A stretch of 63,064 bases of DNA, the filler included, from Chiloscyllium plagiosum (taxonomy: Eukaryota): assembly GCF_004010195.1 (NCBI RefSeq). It is 6 parts of 2 records of this genome, joined end to end, with 100 filler letters (N's around TTAATTAATTAA, not from the genome) between each part and the next. Parts side by side here need not be neighbours in the genome. Positions count along the whole stretch, not along the records: positions 35,515 to 51,113 come from NC_057716.1; 5 more parts are not named here. One strand, given 5' to 3'. The notes under the pieces are model-generated. The model ran no database searches. It was not told the DNA's origin and saw only the letters and a program-made list of their open reading frames with translations. Every line of letters begins with the position of its first letter. The first letter of the stretch is position 1. The position numbers and the translations under genes were made by a program. Positions 35,514 to 48,440 of this stretch are shown one piece after another.

Positions 35514-36790
35514 NCCCACCAAAAGAGGGCTGACTCAAAGCCTGCTGCAATCTGGTTACGAGCTTTGAATTCAGGTACTCCCCTAGGGACTCCTTCGAAT
35601 CAAGATAAATCCTGTCATCCAAAGAATTATCTAACAGTAATCTCTTACCCCTTCTCTTTTTCCCTACTATCTTTTCCTTCTCAAATGCCAGGGTAAATGG
35701 AATTGCCAATTGTACAATTGCGCATATCCCTTTCCAATCTGGAGGTAGGGTGGGTCTCAATATTTCTCCTCCACAGTACCACCACAGATCCGCTCGGGGA
35801 ACCTTTAATGCTGAGTAGTTCCCTCCCTTCTCCGTTTCGGTAATATTCTTCATCTCTGTACATAATTTCAGCTCCCCCAAATGTCTCGACCGACTCGTAC
35901 CTCGCCTGTGTACACATGACGTGTGATTTCCAACTGCGGCGGAGAATGTGGGGGGAACTTTTGCATCTTTCTCCTCCAAGGGAGGGAACATTAGAGATAG
36001 GGAGTTACAATTCCTATCATTCCATGCAGTCTCATCCTGATACAGGGCTATCATACATTTCATGCCCTTCCTGTCTCGCTTCCACCCGAGCGGAAAGGGA
36101 ACCACCTGGGCCACTGGCCTACCGGAGGCACATGCATAGCAATTGCTTTTGTTCAGACTTTTTACAGTATACTTTACCCATTCAACCCAGGCATTTGCAT
36201 CCCCGTACGCAGTCTCTATCTCGATGGTCTGTTTCAAATCCTTTACCTCTATAATTTTTACTGCTTTAGGATCATCGGGAGGGGTGAAGGGTTGTATCTC
36301 ATTACCCAGTAATTCTACCCGTTTTCCTGTCCTATGCTAATTCGAAAACAACAGCCCACAAATTCCTTCCCATTTGCTTTCATTTCAATCCCAAATGTTT
36401 CATTTAATTGTACCTCATAAGTGCCACCTCCCAAAACCGCTCCGTGCCATGTGGTTTTTCTTATCGTTAAATATATGGGGTTACACTTTTTATTGGGACA
36501 ATCGCGTGCTGGTCGGAAGGGGGCCCGGTGTACTGTGACATGACCATTATACCAGGTACCATCCCCGAGGCCATCCCCATAGGACTTAAGATGTATCTCT
36601 GAGTTGCGGTATTGTCTCTGATTAGCTACATTCCCACAATTGACTAAGCTACATACATCAGTGTCTATTACTTGTGGATTATCAGACTCAGGAACCATTA
36701 ATTATACATATGAAAATGATATTTGACAAAATCCCAATACTAAGAGGGCTTGCATCATAACTCTAAGCATTCCCAGTATTCTAATCATCA
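35514..36790 (-). pseudogene. env: ERV-B env (signal peptide, SU, furin site, TM start); frameshifted
   Basis: ORFs 36698-36315 and 36237-35514: ETAYGDANAWVEW..NCYACASGRP (CXXC), DLWWYCG, KKRRGKR furin site; after a shift GVPRGVPEFKARNQIAAGFESALFWW. Confidence 0.88.
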
Positions 36791-39700
36791 TGCTGAAGCT
36801 CAAAAAGACTTAATATACAATCTTACTGAAATAATCCCGCGCTCGCGTCGCCACTGTATAGTCAGTTACTCAAAGTCTCTTTAGTCTGAGTTTTAGCGGG
36901 TCTTGCGTTGATTCGGCTGTCCAGACTTCTTCCTCAACTGGAGGGTCCACTGGCCCTTTGATCCGAGTGTAATGAGTCCAGCCTTTCTCCGCCGTCCTTA
37001 TTGCCGTTTCGGTAGTCAAAAGAGCCTGGTACGGCCCTTCCCAGTCCAGCTGCAATTTAGTCTCTGTCCATGATTTTACTAAGACCCAATCTCCTGGCGG
37101 ATGGGGTGAACAGTGAATTCAAGGGGCGGAGTCTGTGCCAATAAACCCTGTTTCCTGAGGAAAGACAAAGAGGAGGACAAGCCCAGTATATACTTCTTTA
37201 AAAACAAATCTTTAGTTTCGGGAATTGGCAATTCTCCATTCGTTCCCAGATAAGGTAATCCATATAAGATTTCATAGAGGGATAGTCCCAAATCTTTCCT
37301 CCGCCAAGGGACAAGCCCAAAAGGCATCCTTTAAATCTATCACACTAAACCATCTGTAATCATGAGGGATCTTATTTGACAACATATAGGGGTTTGGCAC
37401 CACTGGATGCCTGATCTGTACTATTCAATTTAATGTTCTCAAATTCTGCACTAACTGATAAGTTCCATCGGATTTCCGCACTGGTAGAATTGGGGTATTA
37501 TAAGGAGACATACATGGCTCCTACAGTCCATCTCTAATCAGTCCCTCAATTACTGGCTGTAGTCCTCATTTACCTTCTATGGAAATAGGGTATTGTCGCT
37601 CACAGACAACGTCCCCTTCCCATTTTAAAGTTATTAAAAGGGGAGGGATCTGTAGTTATCCACGATTCCCTTCTCTAGCCCATAAAATAGGGTCTATCTC
37701 TCTTTCCACATCCTCTGTCAACATTGCCAGTTGTACAACTAATTCTTTTTCCTGAATTTCAATCTCCAGTCCTAAGAGGATAATTAAGTCTCTCCCCAGT
37801 AAGTTACTTCCTATATCAGGGATATACAGCAGTTCCCCTGTGACCCTATCCTTAGGACCTTCTATCATCATAGGTTCAAATACCGGAACAGTAAATCCTT
37901 CCCCTTTTACCTCCGAAACAGTAATTGACCGTGTCGACATTTCTACNNNNNNNNNNNNNNNNNNNNNNNNNNNNNNNNNNNNNNNNNNNNNNNNNNNNNN
38001 NNNNNNNNNNNNNNNNNNNNNNNNNNNNNNNNNNNNNNNNNNNNNNNNNNNNNNNNNNNNNNNNNNNNNNNNNNNNNNNNNNNNNNNNNNNNNNNNNNNN
38101 NNNNNNNNNNNNNNNNNNNNNNNNNNNNNNNNNNNNNNNNNNNNNNNNNNNNNNNNNNNNNNNNNNNNNNNNNNNNNNNNNNNNNNNNNNNNNNNNNNNN
38201 NNNNNNNNNNNNNNNNNNNNNNNNNNNNNNNNNNNNNNNNNNNNNNNNNNNNNNNNNNNNNNNNNNNNNNNNNNNNNNNNNNNNNNNNNNNNNNNNNNNN
38301 NNNNNNNNNNNNNNNNNNNNNNNNNNNNNNNNNNNNNNNNNNNNNNNNNNNNNNNNNNNNNNNNNNNNNNNNNNTTCGCTCCATCCTTCTATCTTCTGTA
38401 TCTTTCTCTGTATATCTGGCCATTCTCTTGTCACAAAATGTACTTTCAAAAGACCCTGTGCCACTGGGTCCTCAGGGTTCATTCCAGAATATTTCCGCAT
38501 TGCGTCCCTTAATCTTAGCAAGAAAGCTGAGGGAGTCTCATCTTTCTCCTGATAAACTTCAAAGGCTTTAGTCAAATTCTGTGATTTTGGAACTGCCTCT
38601 CTTATTCCTTTTAGAATCAGGTCTTTCAATTCCCTAATTTCTCCTGTCTAACTTCAAAGGCTTTAGTCAAATTCTGTGACTTTGGAACTGCCTCTCTTAT
38701 TCCTTTTAGAATCTTTCAATTCTTTCAATTCCCTAATTTCTTCTCTATGCTTCGGGTTTTGGTTTTCCCACTGGCGGTCTCTGAGGGGAAACTTCACCTC
38801 TCCCTGTCCAGCATCCCCATCTCCAATCGGGTATTCCCTGTCCCATATTTTAATGGCAGCTCCTCGTATAAGTCCCCTTTCTTCCCCAGTAAATGGTATA
38901 TTCAAAATAGACATTACCTCAGCCCAGGTATACAGACTGGGCCCCAGAAATTGATCAGTTTGTTCAGACAACCCCACCGGATCCTCAACCAGGACCTTCA
39001 TTTCCTTTTTGAATGTTCTGACATCCCCACTGGTGAGGGGGGCACTTACTTATCCCCTATTGGTACCTCCCAAAGGGGATAAGTCGTTACATTCTTCCCC
39101 TTTTTCTTTTTAAAGAAATATTGCAATATTTCTAGCTCCCCATAACTTCAAACACCAATTCATCAATTCATGCTTGACTAACCTTTAAAGCCTGTTCCTA
39201 ACTTATAAATATATTTATATATGTACGTTCATTTCTTCAGTATTTAATATTTAAAATGCAAAATGCATACAGTTCCCAATTTTGAAATTCACTGTAATTT
39301 CCCAGTTTTGGTCCTTTAATTTAGATCCAAAATTAGTTTTCTTAAATAATCCTGACCAATCATTGCTCAATTATAATACTATAAGTCGTAAAATAATCAG
39401 AGCTTGCCTTAAAAGAATTTGTCTATTCAAGTTTAAAAAAACTTCTAATGCATGAACGATGGCTGAATCCAAGGTCACAGATATTAACCATACAATTTTG
39501 CTTTTACTACAATCTAATGTTGAACTGAAACTTCAACTGTCCTCCATAAATTGCTTTTATGTAAAGTTAAGAGATTAGTTAGAAACTGATAGTAAGGCAG
39601 TCATGATCTGTAAAAAGAACAGGAGTTATCATTCTTTTTTTTGTCTTCATAATCTCGATAGAATCCCTAACCTTAAAAGAAATCATGTTAAGTTTCCATA

Positions 39701-40242
39701 ATAAAAATCAGATTCAAAACAGTCTTGGAACTCAAGCTCCAGGGAATAAAACACAAACATTCAATCACCAACAAACAAATGTTCACTCAAACCAAATCAC
39801 AAAGGGTTAAACTTCCTACCAGCTGTGCAGCTCTTTTCATTCTCTCTCTCTCTCGCACATTGACATATAAATTCAGATATTCACAAACCCAGTCTTCGTC
39901 CGATCTGTACTTTGGCCAGAAGACAGCGGAACGAAGAATGGATTCCTTAGTCCAAACAAAGCAACAATATTTAATCATCTTTCTCCCTTGTACAAGTGTT
40001 ATTTTGCCAATTCCACAACATCCTGCCCAAAGGACTTTCCGGAGGTATGTTGTAAGGGACCCCGCCTCCATTTCCATTGCCTTTTCCTTACTTTGTTTTC
40101 CCGGAGGCTTTTTCCTTACCCACAGCACAATCCATATTGAGTTCCTTCGCTAGTCCCTTATTAACTACTAAAACTCAATCCCGGCCACCAAACTTAAAAG
40201 TCAATTTTCTTACCCTGGTCTGTGCACAGAGTTGCCTGGTCC
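35514..40242 (-). mobile_element. ERV-B: class I, HERV-I-like endogenous retrovirus internal region (gag-pro-deleted pol-env); LTRs not seen (gaps)
   Basis: MA-like MIKYCCFVWTK..WPKYRSDEDWVC; CA QFLGPSLYTW..Q.KDETPSAFL.RLRDAMRKYS; PR NLLGRDL; RT SPYNTPILPVRK..SVIDLKDAFWACPL; IN C-term WEGPYQ.LLTTETA..GWTHYTR. Confidence 0.92.
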
Positions 40243-40527
40243 NNNNNNNNNNNNNNNNNNNNNNNNNNNNNNNNNNNNNNNNNNNNNNNNNNNNNNNNNN
40301 NNNNNNNNNNNNNNNNNNNNNNNNNNNNNNNNNNNNNNNNNNNNNNNNNNNNNNNNNNNNNNNNNNNNNNNNNNNNNNNNNNNNNNNNNNNNNNNNNNNN
40401 NNNNNNNNNNNNNNNNNNNNNNNNNNNNNNNNNNNNNNNNNNNNNNNNNNNNNNNNNNNNNNNNNNNNNNNNNNNNNNNNNNNNNNNNNNNNNNNNNNNN
40501 NNNNNNNNNNNNNNNNNNNNNNNNNNN

Positions 40528-40690
40528 CTTACAGTGTGGAAACAGGCCCTTCGGCCCAACAAGTCCACACCGCCCCGCCAAAGCGCAACCCACCCATACC
40601 CCTACATTTACCCCTTACCTAACACTAGGGGCAATTTAGCATGGCCAATTCACCTGACCTGCACATCTTTTAGACTGTGGGAGGAAACCG
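40528..40690 (-). mobile_element. HE1-like SINE 3' half
   Basis: Reverse complement of the 5460-5615 type sequence. Confidence 0.88.
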
Positions 40691-41998
40691 TACATGGGAC
40701 AAGGCTGTTGTGGCCATTGCAAAAACTTGGATGAGAGAGGGACAGGACTGGCTGCTCAGCATTTCAGGGTTTTATTGTTTTAGGCGAGATAGAGAGGAAG
40801 GTAAAAGAGGTGGTGGAGTTCCATTACTAATCAGGAAGAAAGTTACATCTACACTCAGAGAGGAGGTATCATCCAATGAGATAATATGGGTAGAGTTCAG
40901 AAATAATATGGGAGTCATCACTGATAGGATTATACTATAGGTCCCCAACAGCCAATGAGCGATTGATGTCGGCAGATTATGGAAAGGTGCAATAAAAACA
41001 CAGTTGTCATAGTGGGTGACCTTAACTTCCCCAATGGTGACAGGGACTCCCTCAGAGCAAGAGGCTTAGATGGGGTGGAATGTAAGTGTTTTCAAGAGGG
41101 TTTCTTGAAACAGTATGTGGAGAGTCCAACTAGAGGAGGGACCATCCTGGTCCTTGTATTGGCTAATGAGCCAGGTGAATGATCTTTCAGTGGGAGAGCA
41201 TTTTGGTAACAGTGATCACAAAATCCTTAAGTTTTTAAGATAGCTATAACCAAGATAAGTCCTTGTGGGAAGTTACTAAACTGGCAAGGTAAGGGAACCT
41301 TGGATAACAAGGGAGGTCGTGAATTTACTCAAGAAGTAAGAAGAAGCATATACAAGGCTTAGGAAGCTAAACGCAGACAGTGCCCATGAGGAATAGAAGG
41401 AAAACAGGAAAGTACTCAAGCAGGGAATTAGGAAAGCAAGAAGGGGCATGAAATGACTTTGGCAAGTAGGGTCACAGAGAACTCCAAGGCATTCTATACA
41501 CACGTGAAAAACAAGACAATAACTAGGGAGATGGTAGGGATAAAAGAGGGAACTTGTGCTTGGAGGCAGAGAATGTAAGTGAAACCCTAAATGAGTACTT
41601 TGCATCTGTATTCACCCAGGAGGATAGTGAGATATGTATGGAGCATGCTGATGTGGTATGGCATTTTGAGATCAAGAAAGAAGAGATGTTGGATATCTTG
41701 AAGAGCATCAAGGTGGATAGGTCCCCAGGTTAGAGGGGTAAAATTCAAAGGAGATGTGAGGGGCAATTCTTTTTTTTTACACAGAGTTATAGGAGTCTGG
41801 AATGCACTGCCAGGGGTGCTGGTGGAGGCAGATACAATTGGAGCATTTAGGGATTTTTAAATAAGCTCGTGAATGTGCAAGGAATGGAGGGACATGAACT
41901 AACGGCAGGGAGAAGGGATTAGTTTCTTTGGTGTTATGTTCAGTACAATATCATGGGCTGAAGGGCCCGTTATTATGTTGTACAATTCTATATTCTGT
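40691..41998 (+). mobile_element. CR1 ORF2 remnant (endonuclease, linker, deletion, 3' end)
   Basis: VAIAKTWMREGQDW..RDREEGKRGGGV; VVIVGDLNFP..LKQYVESPTRGG. Confidence 0.85.
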
Positions 41999-43034
41999 GT
42001 ATTATGAATAGAATAAGCCTGGGGGTAAAAACAAAACATGGCAGCGTGTCTGTATGATCGTATCAAACACTCAATTGGCTAATGGTATGTTTGATGCCAT
42101 TGTGATGTGTAAAGATGGGGAAGGGAATAGTAGGTGGATCCCAGTGTCCGTGCACTGGGACAGTGGTGGAGACGGGGTTAAGTAATGCGCTGCCTGGAAA
42201 TGTAGTGGAGGCAGGTTTTATTGAGACACTTGAGGGGAGTAGTGGTTATTTGGATAGAAATGGTGAGCAGGGATATAAGGAAAAAGGCAGGAGGTTGGTA
42301 TGTTAAGAGAACCAATGCACTGTGATTCCATATAGGTGGCAGTGTTCGACTCTGTTGAAGATTTTGAGATTCTAAAAATGAGGGAATGAAACGCTATCAG
42401 AACAAGCGAATGAAACTGACAGATGAGTGTTGAATGTAATTTATTTTATATCTAGTGTTCTTGAACTGTGACTACTTTGGCATAGTCATGGAAGGAAGTA
42501 TTGACAAATATTTTGAGCAGATAAATCCAACTCTAGTTGATGTCTTGTGCACGGATTGTGGCATTATTATACAAGAAAGGCACAAATGGAAAAGAAAGGT
42601 GATTCAGCCTAGTCATGTTGGTGCAAGCCACGTGTGAACAAATGGTTATAAAGTTCACTGACACACCCTGTCTCCATTATGCAAATGACCTCACAATGAA
42701 GGGAATTTCTGGTTGTAAAAGTAATCTTGGGAAGTTGGCAATTTATCACTAAGGCTGACATACTAAATAATAAACCCTGTTTTGCTAATGTAGGAGTATT
42801 AGGTAAGCAGTGACCAGCAAAGGAAATGAAACTCGAGGAAACAAGTTTCAGTTAGAAGTCTCAGCTTATGGGGCAGTGTGATGGAAGTGATGAAAGGAAC
42901 AAGATCGATATTTTGATGTTGCTGAGACCAGGAACTCCTGTTTAAACGGAATGTTTTCTATGTAATTCATGCTTGTTAAGAGCTGAGATTACTGTGGCTT
43001 CTTCCTCAGAAGGCGATGATGTCCTGAGGAGCTG

Positions 43035-43922
43035 GTTTCTTCAAGAGACAAGATCAAAACTCACACAACACCAGGTTATAGTTCAATGGATTTATTTGAA
43101 AACACCAACATTCAGAGTGCTGCTCCTTATTCAGGTGTTAGAGAGGAAGACCTTAGATACAGAATTTATAAGGACAAGATCACAGGCTCATACAATTCAT
43201 GCAGGTGAACTGAACCCACCTAAGATGGCTCTTATATCTTGAATCAGTTAGAATGGAGGTGCAGGTTTTGATTGATTTAACATGCAAATGCCAGAATTTC
43301 TTTCAAGTCTCTGCCCTGAGACAATTTAAGGTGTTATCAGTATAAAGGAGGTGTCACCTCGAGTCAGACAATGTATTTTAGACATGGGGTATTGTTTGGA
43401 GTATGTCTGTTTCTTTTATTTCCAAAGTAGGAGTTTATAAATGTAACATTGTCTAAAAATTGTGTTATTTGAACAAAATATACTGTACCTGCAAATACAA
43501 ATCCGCTAATGCAAATTCACACCACAGATTTATATGTGCGTGTGAGAGAGGGGGAAGTGTGTATATATGTGAGGGAAGAGAAAGTGTGTATGAGTGGGAG
43601 GGAATCTGTGCATCTGACAGAGTGTGTGTATGTGTGAGAGAAGGGCTATGTGAGTGTGAGCATATAGTGTGGTGATTTCACCTGCAGTGCAACATGACCT
43701 CAAGATCCCGGTTGAGGCTGTCCTCATGAGTACTGAACATGGCTTGGCTACACTGTATTGTTGTGTACCCCAAAGTCCACCTTGGAGGACATTTACCCTA
43801 AAATCCAAGGCTGAATGTCCTTGACTACTGAAGTGCTGCCTCACTGGGAGGGAAGGTTCCTATCTGGCGATTGTTGTGCAGTGTCCATTGATCCGTTGTC
43901 GTAGCGCCTGTCTGGTTTCCAC
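43035..43922 (-). mobile_element. Penelope-like element 3' part with pLTR (parent family of the 14772 element)
   Basis: HFSSQGHSALDFRVNVLQGGL (GIY-YIG C-terminus); CACACAACACCAGGTTATAGT at ~43062; degenerate antisense hammerhead ~43105-43137. Confidence 0.75.
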
Positions 43923-44610
43923 CTGGGATAGATACTATCTGACCCTGGGGACTTCTCTACCTTAATGCTCTTCAAGAGATCCAACACCATTTCTTTCTTG
44001 ATCACAAAATGCCTGAACATATTAGCATGCTCCACACAAAACTTCTTTATCCTCCATATCCTTCTCCTGGCCGAATACTGACACAAAGTATTCATTTAGG
44101 ATCTCACCCACATCCCCTGCACAAGTTTCCTCCTTTACACTTGAATGGTCCTACCGTCTCCCTAATTATCCTCTTGATTTTAATGTGTGTATAGAATGCC
44201 TTGGAGTTCTCTGAGACCCTACTTGCCAAGGTCATTTCATGGCCCCTTCTTGCTTTCCTAATTCCCTACTTGAGTACTTTCCTGTTTTCCTTATATTCCT
44301 CATGGGGTCTGTCCAATTTTAGCTTCCTAAACCTTCTTTTTCTCTTTTGACTAAACTTACATCTTCCCTCACTATCCAAGGCTCCCTTACCTTGCCATCC
44401 TTGTCCTTCCTCCTTATTGGAACATGCTGGTCCTGAACTATCACCAGCGGGGTCTTTAATTTCGAGATGTCAAATATGGATTTGCCTGATAACCGTTCCT
44501 CCCAATTAATACTCCCGGGCTCCTGCCTAATACTGACTGCTTCCCCAGTTCAGTTCCTTGCACAAGGTCCTGAGTTATTCTTATTCATAGCCATCTTAAC
44601 ACTTATAATA
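43922..44610 (-). mobile_element. CR1 ORF2 linker remnant
   Basis: KKEMVLDLLKSIKVEKSPGSDSIYPR; paralogous to 41200-41730. Confidence 0.85.
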
Positions 44611-45371
44611 CGTTTCAATGGCGGAAATGGGAGAGCAGCACAACATTGAGTCCTACTTGGTTACTGGTATGTGGAGGTCACAGCAATACCACATGAGCAG
44701 TCACAATCCTCTCCCACTAGGGCAAGGGTCCTCATATACAGAGAGAAGTTGAATGTTGGACATCCCACCTCTCGTATTGGCTCTCTCTTCGCCATTGTGG
44801 ATTGCTTTTTCTCCTGGAATCAGACTGCATGAAAGGAAAGTGGCTAGCACAGCTGTTAGTGCAGATGTGGGTGGGCGGCCGAGTTGGGTCTGTATGTATG
44901 TTCTCTCGGTTGCTCACTCTTGTTCAGTTTTTGTTTATCTTTCTCCCCCTCTTACCCACGCACTCTGTCAGGTGTGAACGAGTGAGGGAAGATGCTGCAG
45001 GTAATAATCTGAGGGAGAGAGCAGAATATTTGCTGGGAGGTGGTGCGGGAGCAGCATGTAAGTTTGAGGTATCACAGAGGAGTGTGGCATTGGCTCTTGA
45101 AGAGTACAGAAGGTCAATGACCAAGTGGCATTGCGAGATAGTCCTCTGGAATGAGGAATGGATGCAACCTCAGCCCCGACCAGTGGAATCTGGTGCCATT
45201 GTCTAATTTGGTGGTCCTGAGGGAAGAGGATGTCCCTTTTCTCCCTACCATGCCATCAACCAGGACCTTAGGTCCTGTCAGCAAATTTTATCACCAACTT
45301 GCTTCTGTTGGCCATCTCAAGGGCATCAATGCAATAATGAACTGCAGCTCATGGCTGATGTTACAGTAGAT

Positions 45372-48300
45372 TAAAACAAAGAACATTACAGCACAGGAAC
45401 AGGCCCTTCAACCCTCCAAGCCTGTACCGATCCAGATCCTCTATCTAAACCTGCTGCCTATTTTCGAAAGGCCTATATCCCTCTGCTCCCTGCCCAATCA
45501 TGTATCTGGGTTAGAGTGGTGCTGGAAAAGCATAGCAGGTCAGGCAGCATCAGAGGAGCAGGTACATCTTGAGCGACGCTATTGTTACCGCCCCTACCAC
45601 CTCTGCTGGCAACGTGTTCTAGACATCCCACCACACACTGTGTAAAGAACTTTCCACTCATATCTCCCTTAAACTTTTCCCCTCTCACTTTGAACTCATG
45701 ATCTTTAGTAATTAAGTCCCCCAGTCTGCGGAAAACATCTTGTTATCCACCTTCTCTGTACCTCTCATGATTTTGTATACATCGATCAGGTCTCCCCTCA
45801 ACCTCCATCTTTCAAATGAAAACAATCTGAATCTATTCAACCTCTCTTCATATATAGCGCCCTCCATACCAGGCAATATCCTGATGAACCTCCTCTGCAC
45901 CTCTCCAAAGCATCCACATCCTTTTGCTAATGTGGCGACCAGAACTGTACGCAGTATTCTAAAGGTTGCTGAACCAAAGTCTTATACAACTGTTACAAGG
46001 CCTGCCAACTCTTGTACTCAATACCTCAGCCGATGAAGGAAAACATGCCATATGCCTTCCTGACCACTCTATTGACCTGCGTTGCCACCTTCAGGTAAAG
46101 AACTTTCCACTCATATCTCCCTTAAACTTTTCCCCTCTCACTTTGAACTCATGACCTTTAGTAATTAAGTCCCCCAGTCTGCGGAAAACATCTTGTTGTC
46201 CACCTTCTCTGTACCTCTCATGATTTTGTATACCTCGATCAGGTCTCCCCTCAACCTCCATCTTTCAAATGAAAACAATCTGAATCTATTCAACTCCATC
46301 TGGCATTTCTCTGCCCAACTCTCCAATCTATCCATATTCTGCTGTATTCCCTGACAGTCCCCTCCACCAATTTTAGTGTCATTTGCAAACCTGCTAATCA
46401 GACCACCTATACCTTCCTCCAAATCATGTATGTATATCATAAACAACAGTGGTCCCAGCATGGATCCCTGCAGAACACCATTGTTCTCCATTTTGAGAAA
46501 CTCCCTTCCACTACTACTCTCTGTCTCCTGTTGCTCAGCCAGTTCTCTATCCATCTAGCTAGTACACCCCAGACCCCATGTGACTTCACCTTCTTCATCA
46601 GTCTACCATGGGGAACCTTACTAAACGCCTTACCTAAAGTCCATGTACATGACATCTACAGCCCTTCCCTCATCAATCAAGTTTGTCACTTCCTCAAAAA
46701 ATTCTATTAAGTTGGTAAGATATGACCTTCCCTGCACAAAACAATGTTTCCTGTCACTGCCTATTTTCTTCCAAATGGGATTAGATCATATCCCTCCATA
46801 TCTTCTCCAGCAGCTTTCCTACCATTGATGTCAGGTTCACCAGTCTATAGTTACCTGGATTATCCCTGCTCCCCTTCTTCAACAAGGGAACAACATTTGC
46901 AATTCTCCAGTCCTCCAGCTCCTCACCCATGTTCAAGGATGCTGCAAAGACATCTGTTAAGGCCCCAGTTATTTCCTCTCTCGCTTCCCTCAGTTACCTG
47001 GGATAGATCCCATCTGGACCTGGGGACATCTCCACCTTAATGCGTTTAGAATATCCAACACTTCCTCCCTCCGTTTGCCAACTTGACCTAGAGTAACCAA
47101 ACACCTATTCCTAACCTCAACATCCATCATGTCCCTCTCATCATTGAATACCAGTACAAAGTATTCATTAAGAATCTCACCCATAAATTCCCTCCTGTGT
47201 CCTTGAGTGGGCCAACCCTTTCTCTAGTTACCCTCTTGCTCCTTATATATGAATAAAAGGCTTTGGGATTTTCTTTAACCCTTTTTGCCCTCTTAATTTC
47301 TAATTTCAGATTGGTCCTACATTCCTGATATTCTTCCAAAGCTTTGTCTGTCTTCAGTCACCCAGACTTTATGTACTCTTCCTTTTTCCTCCTAGCTAGT
47401 CTCTCAATTTCACCAGTCATCCATGGTTCCTTAATCTTGCCATTTCTATCCCTCATTTTCACAGGCACTTGTCTCTCCAGCACTCTAATCAACCTCTCTT
47501 TAAAATCCTCCCACATATTGAATGTGGATTTATCTACAAACAGCTGCTGCCTATCTACATTACCCGCCTTCCCCCAATCTTGTCTTTGTCCAGGAGTATT
47601 CTAAAACTTACAGAATGGTGATCACTACTCTCAAAGTAATCCCCTGTTGAAGCCTCAACCACCAGGTCCAGTATGGCCCCTTCCCGAGTTGGACTATTTA
47701 CATACTGCTCTAGAAAACCCTCCTGGATGGTCCTGACAAATTCTGCTCCATCTAGACCTCGAACACTAAGTAAATCTCCGTCAATGTTGGGAAAATTAAA
47801 AGCTCCTGTCACCACCACCCTGTTGCTCCTACATCTTTCCATAATTTGTTTGCATATTTGTACCTCCATCTCACACTCGCTGTTGGGAGGCCTGTAGTAC
47901 AGCCCCAACATTGTTACCACACCCTTCCTCTTTCTGAGCTCTGTCCATTTTGCCTCACTGCTCGAGTCCTCCACAGTGCCCTCCTTCAGCACAGCTGTGA
48001 TATCCTCCCTGACCAGTAATGCAACTCCTCCACCATTTTTACCTCCCTCTCTATCCTGCCTAAAGCATCGTTATCCTGAGATATTTGGTTGAGAGTGTAG
48101 TGCTGGAAAAGCACAGCAGGTCAGGCAGCATTGATTCTCCTGCTCCTCGGTTGCTGCCTGACCTGCTGTAATTTTCCAGCACCACACACACTCGACTCTG
48201 ATCTCCAGCATCTACAGTCCTCACTTTCTCCCTGGGATATTTAGTTGCCAATCATGCCCTTCCCTCAACCAAGTTTCAGTAATAGCAATAACATCATACT

Positions 48301-48440
48301 CCCAGGTACTAATCCAAGCCCTCAGTTCATCTGCCTTGCCGACGACACTTCTTGCATTAAAACAAATGCACCTCAGACAACCAGTCCCTTTATGTCCATC
48401 GTGTGCTCCCTGCACAGCTTCGCTGAGGCTCAGAGGATCC
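45372..48440 (-). mobile_element. Rearranged CR1 ORF2 (EN to 3' end) with deletions and a duplicated 3' segment (45645-45843 / 46095-46293)
   Basis: CICFNARSVVGKADEL..IAITETW; YYRPPNS; KAFSKVPHGRL; GVLQGSMLGPLLFMIYIHDL..FANDTK; LFSFERWRLRGDLI twice. Confidence 0.92.
48092..48230. mobile_element. Fold-back pLTR-derived SINE-like insertion in CR1
   Basis: Arms GTGCTGGAAAAGCACAGCAGGTCAGGCAGCA / TGCTGCCTGACCTGCTGTAATTTTCCAGCAC; TSD CCTGAGATATTTGGTTG vs CCTGGGATATTTAGTTG (15/17). Confidence 0.8.
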
